In this document: positions 45,762 through 57,725 of the stretch, in pieces
Numbering within the stretch: position 1 is the first letter of the stretch
Layout: every line of letters begins with the position of its first letter
Sequence record: PX880102.1
Source: a phage
Strand: one strand, 5' to 3'
Length of the DNA: 64,000 nucleotides
Notes under the pieces: model-generated
The model's database searches: none
Told to the model about the DNA's origin: nothing
Seen by the model: the letters and a program-made list of their open reading frames with translations, nothing else
Translations under genes and position numbers: made by a program

Positions 45762-45769
45762 TATTTATA
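45762..45769 (-). promoter_or_regulatory. late promoter of gene 4 (divergent from gene 53 promoter)
   Basis: Exact TATAAATA on minus strand 27 nt upstream of gene 4 ATG. Confidence 0.65.
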
Positions 45770-45782
45770 AACAGGAGGGCCC

Positions 45783-46373
45783 ATGCTCTTTACATTTTTT
45801 GATCCGATTGAATATGCGGCCAAAACGGTGAATAAAAACGCGCCGACTATTCCTATGACAGATATTTTTAGAAACTATAAAGACTATTTCAAACGTGCTC
45901 TTGCGGGATACCGCTTACGTACTTATTATATTAAAGGTTCACCACGCCCGGAAGAATTAGCAAATGCTATATATGGAAATCCGCAGTTGTATTGGGTTTT
46001 ATTGATGTGTAATGATAATTATGATCCGTATTATGGATGGATTACTTCGCAAGAAGCTGCTTATCAAGCATCTATACAAAAATACAAAAACGTAGGTGGA
46101 GACCAAATAGTATATCACGTGAACGAGAACGGTGAAAAATTTTATAATTTAGTATCATATGATGATAATCCATATGTTTGGTATGACAAAGGCGATAAAG
46201 CTAGAAAATATCCTCAATATGAAGGAGCACTTGCTGCGGTCGATACGTATGAAGCTGCTGTTCTTGAAAATGAAAAACTTCGTCAAATAAAAATAATAGC
46301 AAAATCAGACATCAATTCATTTATGAACGACCTTATACGTATAATGGAGAAATCTTATGGAAATGATAAGTAA
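45783..46373 (+). CDS. 53: baseplate wedge protein gp53
   Basis: 196 aa, ATG with AGGAGGG RBS. Confidence 0.9.
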   Translation: MLFTFFDPIEYAAKTVNKNAPTIPMTDIFRNYKDYFKRALAGYRLRTYYIKGSPRPEELANAIYGNPQLYWVLLMCNDNYDPYYGWITSQEAAYQASIQKYKNVGGDQIVYHVNENGEKFYNLVSYDDNPYVWYDKGDKARKYPQYEGALAAVDTYEAAVLENEKLRQIKIIAKSDINSFMNDLIRIMEKSYGNDK

Positions 46374-48084
46374 TAACCTTAATTGGTTTGTTGGTGTTGT
46401 TGAAGATAGAATGGACCCATTAAAATTAGGTCGTGTTCGTGTTCGTGTAGTTGGTCTGCATCCACCACAAAGAGCACAAGGTGATGTAATGGGTATTCCA
46501 ACTGAAAAATTACCATGGATGTCAGTTATTCAACCTATAACTTCTGCAGCAATGTCTGGAATTGGAGGTTCTGTTACTGGACCGGTAGAAGGAACTAGAG
46601 TTTATGGTCATTTTTTAGACAAATGGAAAACTAACGGAATTGTCCTTGGCACGTATGGTGGAATAGTTCGCGAAAAGCCTAATAGACTTGAAGGATTTTC
46701 TGACCCAACTGGACAGTATCCTAGACGTCTAGGAAATGATACTAACGTATTAAACCAAGGCGGAGAAGTAGGATATGATTCGTCTTCTAATATTATCCAA
46801 GATAGTAATCTAGACACTGCAATAAATCCCGATGATAGACCACTATCAGAAATTCCAACTGATGATAATCCAAATATGTCAATGGCTGAAATGCTTCGCC
46901 GTGATGAAGGATTAAGACTAAAAGTTTATTGGGATACTGAAGGATATCCGACAATTGGCATTGGTCATCTTATCATGAAGCAGCCAGTTCGTGATATGAC
47001 CCAAATTAATAAAGTTTTATCAAAACAGGTTGGTCGTGAAATTACCGGAAATCCGGGTTCTATTACAATGGAAGAAGCAGTAACTTTATTTGAACGTGAT
47101 TTGGCTGATATGCAACGTGACATTAAATCACATTCTAAAGTAGGACCAGTCTGGCAAGCTGTCAACCGTTCTCGTCAAATGGCGTTAGAAAATATGGCAT
47201 TTCAGATGGGTGTTGGCGGTGTAGCTAAATTTAACACAATGTTAACTGCTATGCTAGCCGGAGATTGGGAAAAAGCATATAAAGCCGGTCGTGATTCATT
47301 ATGGTATCAACAAACAAAAGGCCGTGCATCCCGTGTTACCATGATTATTCTTACGGGAAATTTGGAATCATATGGTGTTGAAGTGAAAACACCAGCTAGG
47401 TCTTTATCTGCAATGGCTGCTACTGTAGCTAAATCTTCTGACCCTGCTGATCCTCCTATTCCAAATGACTCGAGAATTTTATTCAAAGAACCAGTTTCTT
47501 CATATAAAGGTGAATATCCTTATGTGCATACAATGGAAACTGAAAGCGGACATATTCAGGAATTTGATGATACCCCTGGGCAAGAACGATACAGATTAGT
47601 TCATCCGACAGGAACTTATGAAGAAGTATCACCGTCAGGAAGAAGAACAAGAAAAACTGTTGATAATTTGTATGATATAACAAATGCTGATGGTAATTTT
47701 TTGGTAGCCGGTGATAAAAAGACTAACGTCGGTGGATCAGAAATTTATTACAACATGGATAATCGTCTTCACCAAATAGATGGAAGCAATACAATATTTG
47801 TACGTGGCGATGAAACTAAGACGGTTGAAGGTAATGGAACTATCCTAGTCAAAGGTAATGTTACTATTGTAGTTGAAGGCAATGCTGACATTACAGTTAA
47901 AGGAGATGCTACCACTTTAGTTGAAGGAAATCAGACTAATACAGTAAATGGAAATCTTTCTTGGAAAGTTGCTGGGACAGTTGATTGGGACGTTGGTGGT
48001 GATTGGACGGAAAAAATGGCATCTATGAGTTCTATTTCATCTGGTCAATACACAATTGATGGATCGAGGATTGACATTGGCTAA
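46357..48084 (+). CDS. 5: baseplate central spike / tail lysozyme gp5
   Basis: 575 aa; MEMISNNLNWFVGVVED; internal lysozyme domain paralogous to e; C-terminal VxGxxxxx beta-helix repeats. Confidence 0.95.
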   Translation: MEMISNNLNWFVGVVEDRMDPLKLGRVRVRVVGLHPPQRAQGDVMGIPTEKLPWMSVIQPITSAAMSGIGGSVTGPVEGTRVYGHFLDKWKTNGIVLGTYGGIVREKPNRLEGFSDPTGQYPRRLGNDTNVLNQGGEVGYDSSSNIIQDSNLDTAINPDDRPLSEIPTDDNPNMSMAEMLRRDEGLRLKVYWDTEGYPTIGIGHLIMKQPVRDMTQINKVLSKQVGREITGNPGSITMEEAVTLFERDLADMQRDIKSHSKVGPVWQAVNRSRQMALENMAFQMGVGGVAKFNTMLTAMLAGDWEKAYKAGRDSLWYQQTKGRASRVTMIILTGNLESYGVEVKTPARSLSAMAATVAKSSDPADPPIPNDSRILFKEPVSSYKGEYPYVHTMETESGHIQEFDDTPGQERYRLVHPTGTYEEVSPSGRRTRKTVDNLYDITNADGNFLVAGDKKTNVGGSEIYYNMDNRLHQIDGSNTIFVRGDETKTVEGNGTILVKGNVTIVVEGNADITVKGDATTLVEGNQTNTVNGNLSWKVAGTVDWDVGGDWTEKMASMSSISSGQYTIDGSRIDIG

Positions 48085-48118
48085 TATACTTCCAATGAGC
48101 GCTGATTTAGGAGAATCC

Positions 48119-48613
48119 ATGGAAGGTTCTTCTATCGACGTCACCTTTACCGCTCAATTAGAAACAGGTGAAACGTTAGTATCTATAAATATAACTAGTT
48201 ACGAAGAAACTCCTGGGGTTTTAGTAGAAGAAAATCGTTTATATGGAACGTATGAATCTGTATTTGGATTTGGAAATGATGCGTTGAAATATCGTTTAGA
48301 TAATGAATTTAAAACTGCTGCTTCATGGGAAGACCTTCCAACTGATTCTAATACTCAGTTATATTTATGGAAAGCTCCTCAAAACCTCCAGAAGACATTC
48401 ACTTACGAAGTAACATTAATATATGACTATCAAGAACAAGGTGAATCTGGAGGTTCTGGCAGTAATTCTAGGTCATCTTCTGACACTACTGAACCAACTA
48501 ATCCTCCAGCTCCAATAAGAAAAACTCTTGTTAAAAATTATACAAAAACTATAGTTGGAAATTGGAGTCGTTGGGCCAATAAATTGAGAAGCTACGTGTA
48601 TGAGAGGCCATAA
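48119..48613 (+). CDS. hypothetical protein gp5.1-like
   Basis: ATG at 48119 with AGGAGAA RBS gives 164 aa (track start is TTG inside gene 5). Confidence 0.6.
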   Translation: MEGSSIDVTFTAQLETGETLVSINITSYEETPGVLVEENRLYGTYESVFGFGNDALKYRLDNEFKTAASWEDLPTDSNTQLYLWKAPQNLQKTFTYEVTLIYDYQEQGESGGSGSNSRSSSDTTEPTNPPAPIRKTLVKNYTKTIVGNWSRWANKLRSYVYERP

Positions 48614-48907
48614 ATGTCAGGATTAAGTTATGATAAGTGTGTTACTGCCGGCCATGAAGCATGGCCTCCAACAGTTGTGAATGCTACACAAAGTAAAGTA
48701 TTCACTGGAGGAATTGCTGTTCTCGTAGCAGGCGATCCAATTACAGAACATACAGAAATTAAAAAGCCATATGAAACACATGGCGGAGTGACACAACCTA
48801 GAACTTCTAAGGTATATGTCACTGGAAAGAAAGCTGTTCAAATGGCTGATTCAATATCATGCGGTGATACAGTGGCTCAGGCATCATCTAAAGTATTCAT
48901 TAAATAG
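48614..48907 (+). CDS. 5.4: PAAR-repeat spike-tip protein gp5.4
   Basis: 97 aa; PAAR-like Cys/His pattern; directly after 5.1. Confidence 0.8.
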   Translation: MSGLSYDKCVTAGHEAWPPTVVNATQSKVFTGGIAVLVAGDPITEHTEIKKPYETHGGVTQPRTSKVYVTGKKAVQMADSISCGDTVAQASSKVFIK

Positions 48908-48915
48908 GATTTAAA

Positions 48916-50898
48916 ATGGCAAATACCCCTGTAAATTATCAATTAACAAGAACAGCAAATGCTATTCCCGAGATATTCGTCGGGGGTACATTTGCTGAAA
49001 TAAAACAAAACCTCATTGAATGGCTTAATGGCCAAAATGAATTTTTGGATTATGATTTTGAAGGCTCAAGATTAAACGTTCTGTGCGACCTTTTGGCTTA
49101 TAATACATTATACATTCAGCAGTTTGGTAATGCTGCCTTGTACGAAAGCTTTATGCGTACTGCTAATTTGCGTAGTTCAGTAGTTCAAGCTGCACAAGAT
49201 AATGGATATTTACCTACTTCAAAATCAGCTGCTCAAACTGAAATTATGCTAACTTGCACAGACGCATTGAATAGAAATTACATTACTATTCCTCGTGGTA
49301 CTCGCTTTTTAGCATATGCAAAAGATACTTCCGTTAATCCTTACAACTTTGTATCTACCGAAGATGTTATTGCTATTCGCGATAAAAATAACCAATATTT
49401 TCCGCGTTTAAAATTAGCCCAGGGACGTATAGTAAGAACTGAAATCATTTACGATAAATTAACACCTATTATCATTTATGACAAAAATATAGATAGAAAC
49501 CAAGTTAAACTATACGTTGATGGAGCAGAATGGATTAACTGGACAAGAAAGTCAATGGTTCATGCTGGTTCTACATCAACAATTTACTACATGCGTGAAA
49601 CTATTGATGGAAATACTGAGTTTTATTTTGGTGAAGGTGAGATTTCTGTTAATGCGGCAGAAGGAGCATTGACTGCTAATTATATTGGAGGTCTTAAGCC
49701 TACCCAGAACTCTACGATTGTTATTGAGTACATCAGTACTAACGGTGCAGATGCGAATGGCGCAGTCGGATTTTCATACGCAGATACATTGACAAATATA
49801 ACTGTCATCAATATTAATGAAAATCCAAACGATGACCCAGATTTTGTTGGGGCGGATGGCGGCGGCGATCCAGAAGATATTGAACGTATTCGCGAATTGG
49901 GTACTATTAAACGCGAAACCCAGCAACGCTGCGTAACTGCGACTGACTATGATACATTCGTTTCAGAGAGATTTGGTTCTATTATTCAAGCAGTTCAGAC
50001 TTTCACTGATTCTACTAAACCTGGTTATGCATTTATTGCTGCTAAACCTAAATCAGGTCTGTATTTAACTACCGTACAGCGCGAAGATATTAAAAATTAT
50101 CTCAAAGACTATAATTTAGCTCCTATTACACCATCAATTATTTCTCCTAATTATCTTTTTATTAAGACTAATTTAAAAGTCACATATGCTTTAAATAAGC
50201 TACAAGAATCTGAGCAGTGGCTCGAAGGTCAAATAATTGATAAAATTGATCGTTATTATACCGAAGATGTAGAAATTTTTAACTCATCTTTCGCTAAATC
50301 TAAGATGTTGACATATGTAGATGATGCAGATCATTCTATCATTGGTTCATCAGCGACAATTCAAATTGTTCGTGAAGTACAAAACTTCTATAAAACACCT
50401 GAAGCAGGTATTAAATACAATAATCAAATAAAAGATCGTTCTATGGAATCTAATACGTTTTCATTTAATTCTGGACGAAAGGTTGTAAATCCTGATACTG
50501 GTTTAGAAGAAGATGTATTATATGACGTTCGCATAGTATCAACAGACCGAGATTCTAAAGGAATTGGTAAAGTTATTATTGGTCCATTTGCTTCTGGCGA
50601 TGTTACAGAAAATGAAAACATTCAGTCATATTCAGGCAACGATTTTAACAAATTAGCAAATTCTGGTGGACGCGACAAATACTATGTTATCGGTGAAATA
50701 AATTATCCAGCTGATGTGATTTATTGGAATATCGCTAAAATTAATTTAACATCTGAAAAATTTGAAGTTCAGACTATTGAATTATATTCTGACCCAACCG
50801 ATGATGTTATCTTTACTCGCGATGGTTCGCTGATTGTATTTGAAAATGACTTACGTCCACAATACTTAACTATCGATTTGGAGCCTATATCACAATGA
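48916..50898 (+). CDS. 6: baseplate wedge protein gp6
   Basis: 660 aa, ATG start. Confidence 0.93.
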   Translation: MANTPVNYQLTRTANAIPEIFVGGTFAEIKQNLIEWLNGQNEFLDYDFEGSRLNVLCDLLAYNTLYIQQFGNAALYESFMRTANLRSSVVQAAQDNGYLPTSKSAAQTEIMLTCTDALNRNYITIPRGTRFLAYAKDTSVNPYNFVSTEDVIAIRDKNNQYFPRLKLAQGRIVRTEIIYDKLTPIIIYDKNIDRNQVKLYVDGAEWINWTRKSMVHAGSTSTIYYMRETIDGNTEFYFGEGEISVNAAEGALTANYIGGLKPTQNSTIVIEYISTNGADANGAVGFSYADTLTNITVININENPNDDPDFVGADGGGDPEDIERIRELGTIKRETQQRCVTATDYDTFVSERFGSIIQAVQTFTDSTKPGYAFIAAKPKSGLYLTTVQREDIKNYLKDYNLAPITPSIISPNYLFIKTNLKVTYALNKLQESEQWLEGQIIDKIDRYYTEDVEIFNSSFAKSKMLTYVDDADHSIIGSSATIQIVREVQNFYKTPEAGIKYNNQIKDRSMESNTFSFNSGRKVVNPDTGLEEDVLYDVRIVSTDRDSKGIGKVIIGPFASGDVTENENIQSYSGNDFNKLANSGGRDKYYVIGEINYPADVIYWNIAKINLTSEKFEVQTIELYSDPTDDVIFTRDGSLIVFENDLRPQYLTIDLEPISQ

Positions 50899-53800
50899 CA
50901 GTAAAAGCACCTTCAGTCACTAGTCTCAGAATTTCCAAGTTATCCGCAAATCAGGTGCAAGTACGCTGGGATGACGTTGGTGCTAATTTCTACTATTTTG
51001 TAGAAATCGCTGAGACAAAAACAGACTCGGGGGAAAATCTCCCGAGTGATCAATACCGTTGGATTAACTTAGGATATACTGCAAATAACAGCTTCTTTTT
51101 TGATGATGCTGACCCATTGACATCATATGTTATTAGAGTAGCTACAGCTGCACAAGATTTTGAGCAGTCTGATTGGATTTATACCGAAGAGTTTGAAACT
51201 TTTGCTACAAATGCTTATACATTTCAAAACATGATTGAAATGCAATTAGCCAATAAATTCATTCAGGAAAAATTTACTCTTAATAATTCTAACTATGTTA
51301 ATTTTAATAATGACACTATAATGGCTGCATTGATGAATGAATCATTTCAATTCAGCCCATCATACGTTGATGTTTCATCAATAAGTAATTTTATTATTGG
51401 TGAAAATGAATATCATGAAATACAAGGTTCTATTCAGCAAGTATGTAAGGATATTAACCGAGTTTATTTGATGGAATCAGAAGGGATTTTATACCTTTTT
51501 GAGCGCTATCAACCTGTAGTTAAAGTATCCAATGATAAAGGACAAACTTGGAAAGCTGTAAAGCTCTTCAATGACCGTGTAGGATATCCTTTATCTAAGA
51601 CAGTATATTACCAATCTGCGAACACAACATACGTTCTAGGATACGACAAGATTTTCTATGGCCGCAAATCGACTGATGTTAGATGGTCAGCTGATGATGT
51701 CAGATTTAGTTCTCAGGATATAACATTCGCTAAACTTGGCGATCAATTACATTTAGGATTTGATGTAGAAATTTTTGCCACTTACGCGACTTTACCAGCG
51801 AATGTATATCGCATTGCAGAAGCTATTACTTGCACCGATGATTACATTTACGTTGTCGCCAGAGACAAAGTTAGATACATAAAAACGAGTAATGCACCTA
51901 TAGATTCTGATCCATTATCTCCAACATATTCGGAAAGGCTTTTTGAACCTGATACTATGACTATAACTGGAAATCCTAAGGCAGTATGCTATAAAATGGA
52001 TTCTATCGGTGATAAAGTTTTTGCTCTTATTATTGGTGAAGTTGAAACATTAAATGCTAATCCTAGAACATCAAAAATAATTGATTCTGCTGATAAAGGA
52101 ATATATGTTTTAAATCATGACACAAAAACATGGAAAAGAGTTTTTGGCAACACTGAAGAAGAAAGAAGACGTATTCAACCAGGGTATGCGAATATGTCAA
52201 CTGACGGTAAATTAGTTTCGCTATCTTCGAGTAATTTTAAATTTTTAAATGATAATATTGTTAATGACCCTGAAACTGCATCAAAATACCAGTTAATCGG
52301 TGCCGTTAAATATGAATTTCCTCGTGAATGGTTAGCTGATAAGCATTATCATATGATGGCATTTATAGCAGATGAAAAATCTGATTGGGAAACTTTTACG
52401 CCTCAGCCAATGAAATACTATGCAGAACCATTCTTTAATTGGTCTAAAAAATCTAACACACGATGTTGGATAAACAACTCTGATAGAGTTGTAGTAGTTT
52501 ATGCTGATTTAAAATACACTAAAGTTATTGAAAATTTTCCAGAAACATCTCCAGACAGATTAGTTCATGAATACTGGGATGACGGCGATTGCACTATAGT
52601 AATGCCAAATGTTAAATTCACTGGATTTAAAAAATATGCATCTGGGATGCTTTTTTATAAAGCCTCCGGTGAAATTATTTCTTACTATGATTTTAATTAT
52701 CGTGTTAGAGATACAGTAGAAATTATTTGGAAGCCAACTGGAGTATTTTTAAAGGCATTTTTACAAAACCAAGAACATGAAACTCCTTGGTCGCCTGAAG
52801 AAGAGCGTGGATTAGCTGACCCTGATTTAAGACCATTAATTGGCACAATGATGCCTGATTCTTATTTGTTGCAGGATTCGAATTTTGAAGCATTTTGCGA
52901 AGCATATATTCAATATCTTTCTGATGGATATGGAACTCAGTATAACAATTTACGAAATTTAATTCGTAACAAATATCCACGAGAAGAGCATGCATGGGAA
53001 TATTTGTGGTCAGAGATATATAAAAGAAACATTTATTTAAATGCTGACAAACGTGATGCTGTCGCAAGATTTTTCGAATCACGCAGCTATGATTTTTATT
53101 CTACTAAAGGAATTGAAGCATCATACAAATTTCTTTTTAAAGTTCTTTATAATGAAGAAGTTGAAATTGAAATCGAATCTGGGGCTGGTACTGAATATGA
53201 TATAATTGTTCAATCTGATTCTTTGACCGAAGACTTAGTAGGACAAACGATTTATACAGCTACAGGAAGATGTAATGTTACTTATATAGAAAGAAGCTAT
53301 TCTAATGGTAAATTGCAATGGACCGTAACTATTCATAATCTTTTGGGAAGATTAATTGCTGGTCAAGAAGTTAAAGCAGAAAGACTTCCTAGTTTTGAAG
53401 GCGAAATTATTCGTGGAGTTAAAGGAAAGGATTTGCTTCAAAATAATATAGACTATATTAATAGAAGTCGATCATATTATGTAATGAAAATTAAATCCAA
53501 TTTGCCTTCTTCCCGCTGGAAATCTGACGTTATTCGTTTTGTTCATCCAGTAGGATTTGGATTTATAGCAATTACCCTTTTAACGATGTTTATTAATGTT
53601 GGTTTAACTCTTAAACATACAGAGACTATAATTAATAAATACAAAAACTACAAATGGGATTCTGGATTGCCTACTGAATATGCTGATAGAGTAGCTAAAT
53701 TGACTCCGACTGGTGAAATTGAGCATGATTCGGTAACAGGCGAAGCAATTTATGAGCCTGGCCCAATGGCTGGTGTAGAATATCCTCTTCCTGATGACTA

Positions 53801-53993
53801 TAATGCTGAAAATAACAATTCAATATTTCAAGGTCAATTGCCGTCTGAACGACGCAAATTAATGAGTCCTCTATTTGACGCATCTGGAACAACATTTGCG
53901 CAATTTAGAGATTTAGTTAATAAACGTCTAAAAGATAATATAGGAAATCCAAGAGACCCTGAAAATCCAACACAGGTTAAAATAGATGAATGA
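50895..53993 (+). CDS. 7: baseplate wedge protein gp7
   Basis: 1032 aa; ATGA overlap with gene 6. Confidence 0.93.
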   Translation: MTVKAPSVTSLRISKLSANQVQVRWDDVGANFYYFVEIAETKTDSGENLPSDQYRWINLGYTANNSFFFDDADPLTSYVIRVATAAQDFEQSDWIYTEEFETFATNAYTFQNMIEMQLANKFIQEKFTLNNSNYVNFNNDTIMAALMNESFQFSPSYVDVSSISNFIIGENEYHEIQGSIQQVCKDINRVYLMESEGILYLFERYQPVVKVSNDKGQTWKAVKLFNDRVGYPLSKTVYYQSANTTYVLGYDKIFYGRKSTDVRWSADDVRFSSQDITFAKLGDQLHLGFDVEIFATYATLPANVYRIAEAITCTDDYIYVVARDKVRYIKTSNAPIDSDPLSPTYSERLFEPDTMTITGNPKAVCYKMDSIGDKVFALIIGEVETLNANPRTSKIIDSADKGIYVLNHDTKTWKRVFGNTEEERRRIQPGYANMSTDGKLVSLSSSNFKFLNDNIVNDPETASKYQLIGAVKYEFPREWLADKHYHMMAFIADEKSDWETFTPQPMKYYAEPFFNWSKKSNTRCWINNSDRVVVVYADLKYTKVIENFPETSPDRLVHEYWDDGDCTIVMPNVKFTGFKKYASGMLFYKASGEIISYYDFNYRVRDTVEIIWKPTGVFLKAFLQNQEHETPWSPEEERGLADPDLRPLIGTMMPDSYLLQDSNFEAFCEAYIQYLSDGYGTQYNNLRNLIRNKYPREEHAWEYLWSEIYKRNIYLNADKRDAVARFFESRSYDFYSTKGIEASYKFLFKVLYNEEVEIEIESGAGTEYDIIVQSDSLTEDLVGQTIYTATGRCNVTYIERSYSNGKLQWTVTIHNLLGRLIAGQEVKAERLPSFEGEIIRGVKGKDLLQNNIDYINRSRSYYVMKIKSNLPSSRWKSDVIRFVHPVGFGFIAITLLTMFINVGLTLKHTETIINKYKNYKWDSGLPTEYADRVAKLTPTGEIEHDSVTGEAIYEPGPMAGVEYPLPDDYNAENNNSIFQGQLPSERRKLMSPLFDASGTTFAQFRDLVNKRLKDNIGNPRDPENPTQVKIDE

Positions 53994-54990
53994 TTCAAGT
54001 GTTATCTATCGTGCGATAGTTACTTCAAAATTTAGAACAGAAAAAATGTTGAATTTTTATAATTCAATTGGAAGTGGTCCGGATAAAAACACTATCTTTA
54101 TCACATTTGGAAGATCAGAACCGTGGTCATCAAATGAAAATGAGGTGGGCTTTGCTCCACCTTATCCAACTGATTCTGTATTAGGTGTAACTGACATGTG
54201 GACTCATATGATGGGAACTGTAAAGGTTCTTCCATCTATGCTTGATGCAGTTATTCCTCGTAGAGATTGGGGAGATACTAGATATCCGGATCCATACACA
54301 TTTAGAATTAACGATATTGTAGTGTGTAACTCAGCTCCTTACAATGCTACTGAATCAGGCGCAGGCTGGTTAGTATATCGCTGTTTAGATGTTCCTGATA
54401 CCGGAACGTGTTCAATAGCATCTTTAACTAATAAGGATGAATGTCTTAAGTTAGGTGGAAAATGGACTCCTTCTGTTAGGTCAATGACTCCTCCTGAAGG
54501 TCGAGGAGACGCTGAAGGAACAATCGAACCCGGCGACGGTTATGTTTGGGAATATCTTTTTGAGATTCCGCCTGATGTATCTATAAATAGATGCACGAAT
54601 GAATATATCGTAGTTCCTTGGCCTGAGGAATTAAAAGAAGACCCGGCTAGATGGGGGTATGAAGATAATCTCACTTGGCAACAAGATGATTTTGGATTAA
54701 TTTACCGTGTTAAGGCAAATACTATCCGTTTTAAAGCATATTTAGATTCAGTTTACTTTCCTGATGCTGCATTACCAGGAAATAAAGGATTTAGACAAAT
54801 ATCAATAATCACCAATCCTCTTGAAGCTAAAGTTCATCCAAATGACCCAAACGTTAAAGCTGAAAAGGATTATTATGATCCGGAAGATTTAATGAGGCAT
54901 TCGGGCGAAATGATTTATATGGAAAATAGGCCACCTATTATCATGGCAATGGATCAAACAGAAGAAATCAATATTCTGTTTACATTTTAA
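53986..54990 (+). CDS. 8: baseplate wedge protein gp8
   Basis: 334 aa; 8-nt overlap with gene 7. Confidence 0.93.
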   Translation: MNDSSVIYRAIVTSKFRTEKMLNFYNSIGSGPDKNTIFITFGRSEPWSSNENEVGFAPPYPTDSVLGVTDMWTHMMGTVKVLPSMLDAVIPRRDWGDTRYPDPYTFRINDIVVCNSAPYNATESGAGWLVYRCLDVPDTGTCSIASLTNKDECLKLGGKWTPSVRSMTPPEGRGDAEGTIEPGDGYVWEYLFEIPPDVSINRCTNEYIVVPWPEELKEDPARWGYEDNLTWQQDDFGLIYRVKANTIRFKAYLDSVYFPDAALPGNKGFRQISIITNPLEAKVHPNDPNVKAEKDYYDPEDLMRHSGEMIYMENRPPIIMAMDQTEEINILFTF

Positions 54991-54995
54991 ATTAA

Positions 54996-55018
54996 GGGAG
55001 CCCATGGGCTCCCTTTTT
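54996..55018 (+). terminator. intrinsic terminator after gene 8
   Basis: GGGAGCC-CAUG-GGCUCCC followed by UUUUU on plus transcript. Confidence 0.65.
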
Positions 55019-55021
55019 CTT

Positions 55022-55029
55022 TATAAATA
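55022..55029 (+). promoter_or_regulatory. late promoter of gene 9
   Basis: Exact TATAAATA on plus strand 25 nt upstream of gene 9 ATG. Confidence 0.65.
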
Positions 55030-55053
55030 CTATAAACTCATAAGGAAACCGCT

Positions 55054-55920
55054 ATGTTCATTCAAGAACCAAAGAAATTGATTGATACCGGCGAAATTGG
55101 TAACGCTTCTACTGGTGATATCTTATTCGACGGTGGTAATAAAATTAATAGTGATTTTAACGCAATTTATAATGCGTTTGGCGATCAGCGTAAAATGGCA
55201 GTAGCAAATGGCACTGGAGCAGATGGCCAAATTATTCATGCTACTGGATATTATCAAAAACACTCTATTGCAGAGTACGCAACTCCAGTAAAAGTTGGCA
55301 CTAGGCATGATATTGATACCTCTACTGTAGGTGTTAAAGTTATCATTGAAAGAGGCGAACTTGGTGACTGCGTTGAATTTATTAACTCAAATGGATCTAT
55401 ATCAGTTACTAATCCTTTAACGATTCAAGCGATTGATTCAATAAAAGGTGTTTCAGGTAATTTAGTAGTAACTAGTCCATATAGTAAAGTAACTTTACGC
55501 TGTATTTCATCTGATAATTCTACGTCTGTTTGGAATTATTCTATTGAAAGTATGTTTGGACAAAAGGAATCACCAGCTGAAGGTACATGGAATATTTCTA
55601 CATCCGGGTCAGTTGATATTCCACTATTTCATCGTACTGAATACAATATGGCTAAATTGCTAGTTACATGCCAATCGGTAGATGGAAGAAAAATTAAAAC
55701 AGCAGAAATAAATATTCTTGTAGATACCGTTAATTCAAAGGTCATTTCTTCTGAATATGCTGTCATGCGGGTCGGCAATGAAACCGAAGAAGATGAAATC
55801 GCTAATATTGCATTTAGTATTAAAGAAAATTATGTAACAGCGACTGTAAGTTCTTCTACTGTTGGCATGAGAGCAGCAGTTAAAGTTATCGCTACGCAGA
55901 AAATCGGGGTGGCTCAATAA
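55054..55920 (+). CDS. 9: baseplate wedge protein gp9 (long-tail-fiber socket)
   Basis: 288 aa, ATG with AAGGAAAC RBS. Confidence 0.92.
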   Translation: MFIQEPKKLIDTGEIGNASTGDILFDGGNKINSDFNAIYNAFGDQRKMAVANGTGADGQIIHATGYYQKHSIAEYATPVKVGTRHDIDTSTVGVKVIIERGELGDCVEFINSNGSISVTNPLTIQAIDSIKGVSGNLVVTSPYSKVTLRCISSDNSTSVWNYSIESMFGQKESPAEGTWNISTSGSVDIPLFHRTEYNMAKLLVTCQSVDGRKIKTAEINILVDTVNSKVISSEYAVMRVGNETEEDEIANIAFSIKENYVTATVSSSTVGMRAAVKVIATQKIGVAQ

Positions 55921-57725
55921 TGAAACAAAATATTAATATCGGTAATGTTGTAGATGATGGTACCGGTGACTACCTGCGTAAAGGTGGTATAAAAATAAAT
56001 GAAAACTTTGATGAACTTTATTATGAGCTTGGTGATGGGAATGTTCCATATTCAGCCGGTGCCTGGAAAACTTATAATGCTTCATCTGGGCAAACACTAA
56101 CGGCAGAATGGGGAAAATCATACGCTATTAATACTTCGTCTGGGAGAGTAACACTACAACTTCCTAAAGGAACTGTTAATGATTACAACAAGGTAATTAG
56201 AGCTAGAGACGTATTCGCTACATGGAACATCAATCCAGTTACGCTAGTAGCTGCTTCTGGCGATACGATTAAAGGGTCGTCATCGTCAGTTGAAATTAAT
56301 ATTCAATTTAGTGATTTAGAGCTCGTTTATTGCGCTCCAGGACGCTGGGAGTATGTCAAAAATAAGCAAATTGATAAAATTATTAGTTCAGATATTAGTA
56401 ATGTAGCTCGCAAAGAATTTTTAGTTGAAGTTCAAGGACAAACTGACTTTTTAGATGTTTTCAATGGAACTAGTTATAATGTCAATAACATCAGAGTAAA
56501 ACATCGTGGTAACGAATTGTATTACGGCGATGTATTTAGCGAAAACAGTGACTTTGGCTCTCCGGGCGAAAATGAAGGCGAATTAGTTCCTCTTGATGGA
56601 TTTAATATTCGATTAAGACAGCCTTGTAATATTGGTGACACTGTTCAAATTGAAACATTTATGGATGGTGTATCACAATGGAGAAGTTCATATACAAGAC
56701 GCCAAATAAAAGTACTGGATTCAAAACTAACATCAAAGACTTCTTTAGAAGGAAGCATTTATGTTACTGATTTATCGGCGATGAAATCAATTCCATTTTC
56801 TGCATTTGGATTAATTCCTGGTGAACCAATTAATCCGAACTCTCTTGAGGTTCGTTTTAATGGAATTTTGCAGCAGCAGGCTGGAACAGCTGGATATCCT
56901 CTGTTTTTGTGTGAAGGCGCTAATTCAGATACGCAAGAAGGATGTATATCTCTTGGTGGCGAATGGAAAGAATCAAACACCGATTATTCTATAGAATATG
57001 AAGACGGAAAACCTATCAGTCTTTTATTTGATAGAAAATTTGAATCCGGTGACATTATCGTTATAACATGGTTCAATAATGATTTAGGAACTCTTTTAGA
57101 AAAAGATGACATCATTGAATTGACTGATGATCGTTATGTTAGTAAAGGATCATCTACTGAAGTTACTGGTGATGTGGCCTTAACAGATTTTGATAAAATC
57201 GGTTGGCCAAATGTTGAAAAAGTTGATTCTTATACTAGAACGTATAATTCAATATCATCTATTTTCGACAGCATTTATCCTGTTGGTTCAATTTATGAAA
57301 ATGCTATAAACCCAAATAATCCGGTGACTTATATGGGATTTGGTTCATGGAAATTATTTGGTAAAGGACAAGTTTTAGTAGGATGGAATGATGATGTTAC
57401 GGATCCAAACTTTGCTTTAAACAATAATGATTTAGATTCTAGCGGAAATCCTTCACATACGGCAGGTGGAACGGTTGGAACAACATCAGTAACGCTTGAA
57501 AACGCAAATCTTCCTGCAACTAAAACCGACGAAAGAGTTTTAATTGAAGACGAAAATGGATCGGTTATTATTGGAGGTTGCCAATATGACCCAGATGAAA
57601 CTGGTCCTATATATACAAAATATCGTGAAGATTACGCAACAACAAACTCTTCACATACTCCTCCTGCTAATATTAGTAATATTCAACCGTCTATTACTGT
57701 ATACCGTTGGATAAGGATTGCATAA
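55920..57725 (+). CDS. 10: baseplate wedge/pin protein gp10
   Basis: 601 aa; TAATG coupling with gene 9. Confidence 0.92.
   Translation: MKQNINIGNVVDDGTGDYLRKGGIKINENFDELYYELGDGNVPYSAGAWKTYNASSGQTLTAEWGKSYAINTSSGRVTLQLPKGTVNDYNKVIRARDVFATWNINPVTLVAASGDTIKGSSSSVEINIQFSDLELVYCAPGRWEYVKNKQIDKIISSDISNVARKEFLVEVQGQTDFLDVFNGTSYNVNNIRVKHRGNELYYGDVFSENSDFGSPGENEGELVPLDGFNIRLRQPCNIGDTVQIETFMDGVSQWRSSYTRRQIKVLDSKLTSKTSLEGSIYVTDLSAMKSIPFSAFGLIPGEPINPNSLEVRFNGILQQQAGTAGYPLFLCEGANSDTQEGCISLGGEWKESNTDYSIEYEDGKPISLLFDRKFESGDIIVITWFNNDLGTLLEKDDIIELTDDRYVSKGSSTEVTGDVALTDFDKIGWPNVEKVDSYTRTYNSISSIFDSIYPVGSIYENAINPNNPVTYMGFGSWKLFGKGQVLVGWNDDVTDPNFALNNNDLDSSGNPSHTAGGTVGTTSVTLENANLPATKTDERVLIEDENGSVIIGGCQYDPDETGPIYTKYREDYATTNSSHTPPANISNIQPSITVYRWIRIA

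Noticed and set aside
46608-46817. Minus-strand ORFs inside late structural genes (also 47483..47683, 52723..53082, 58677..58925, 60660..60926)
   Set aside because: Antisense to long conserved baseplate/fibre genes; no promoter or RBS support.
46357-48084. Lysozyme-like sequence inside gene 5 resembling gene e
   Set aside because: Well-known feature of T4 gp5 (tail lysozyme domain); not novel.
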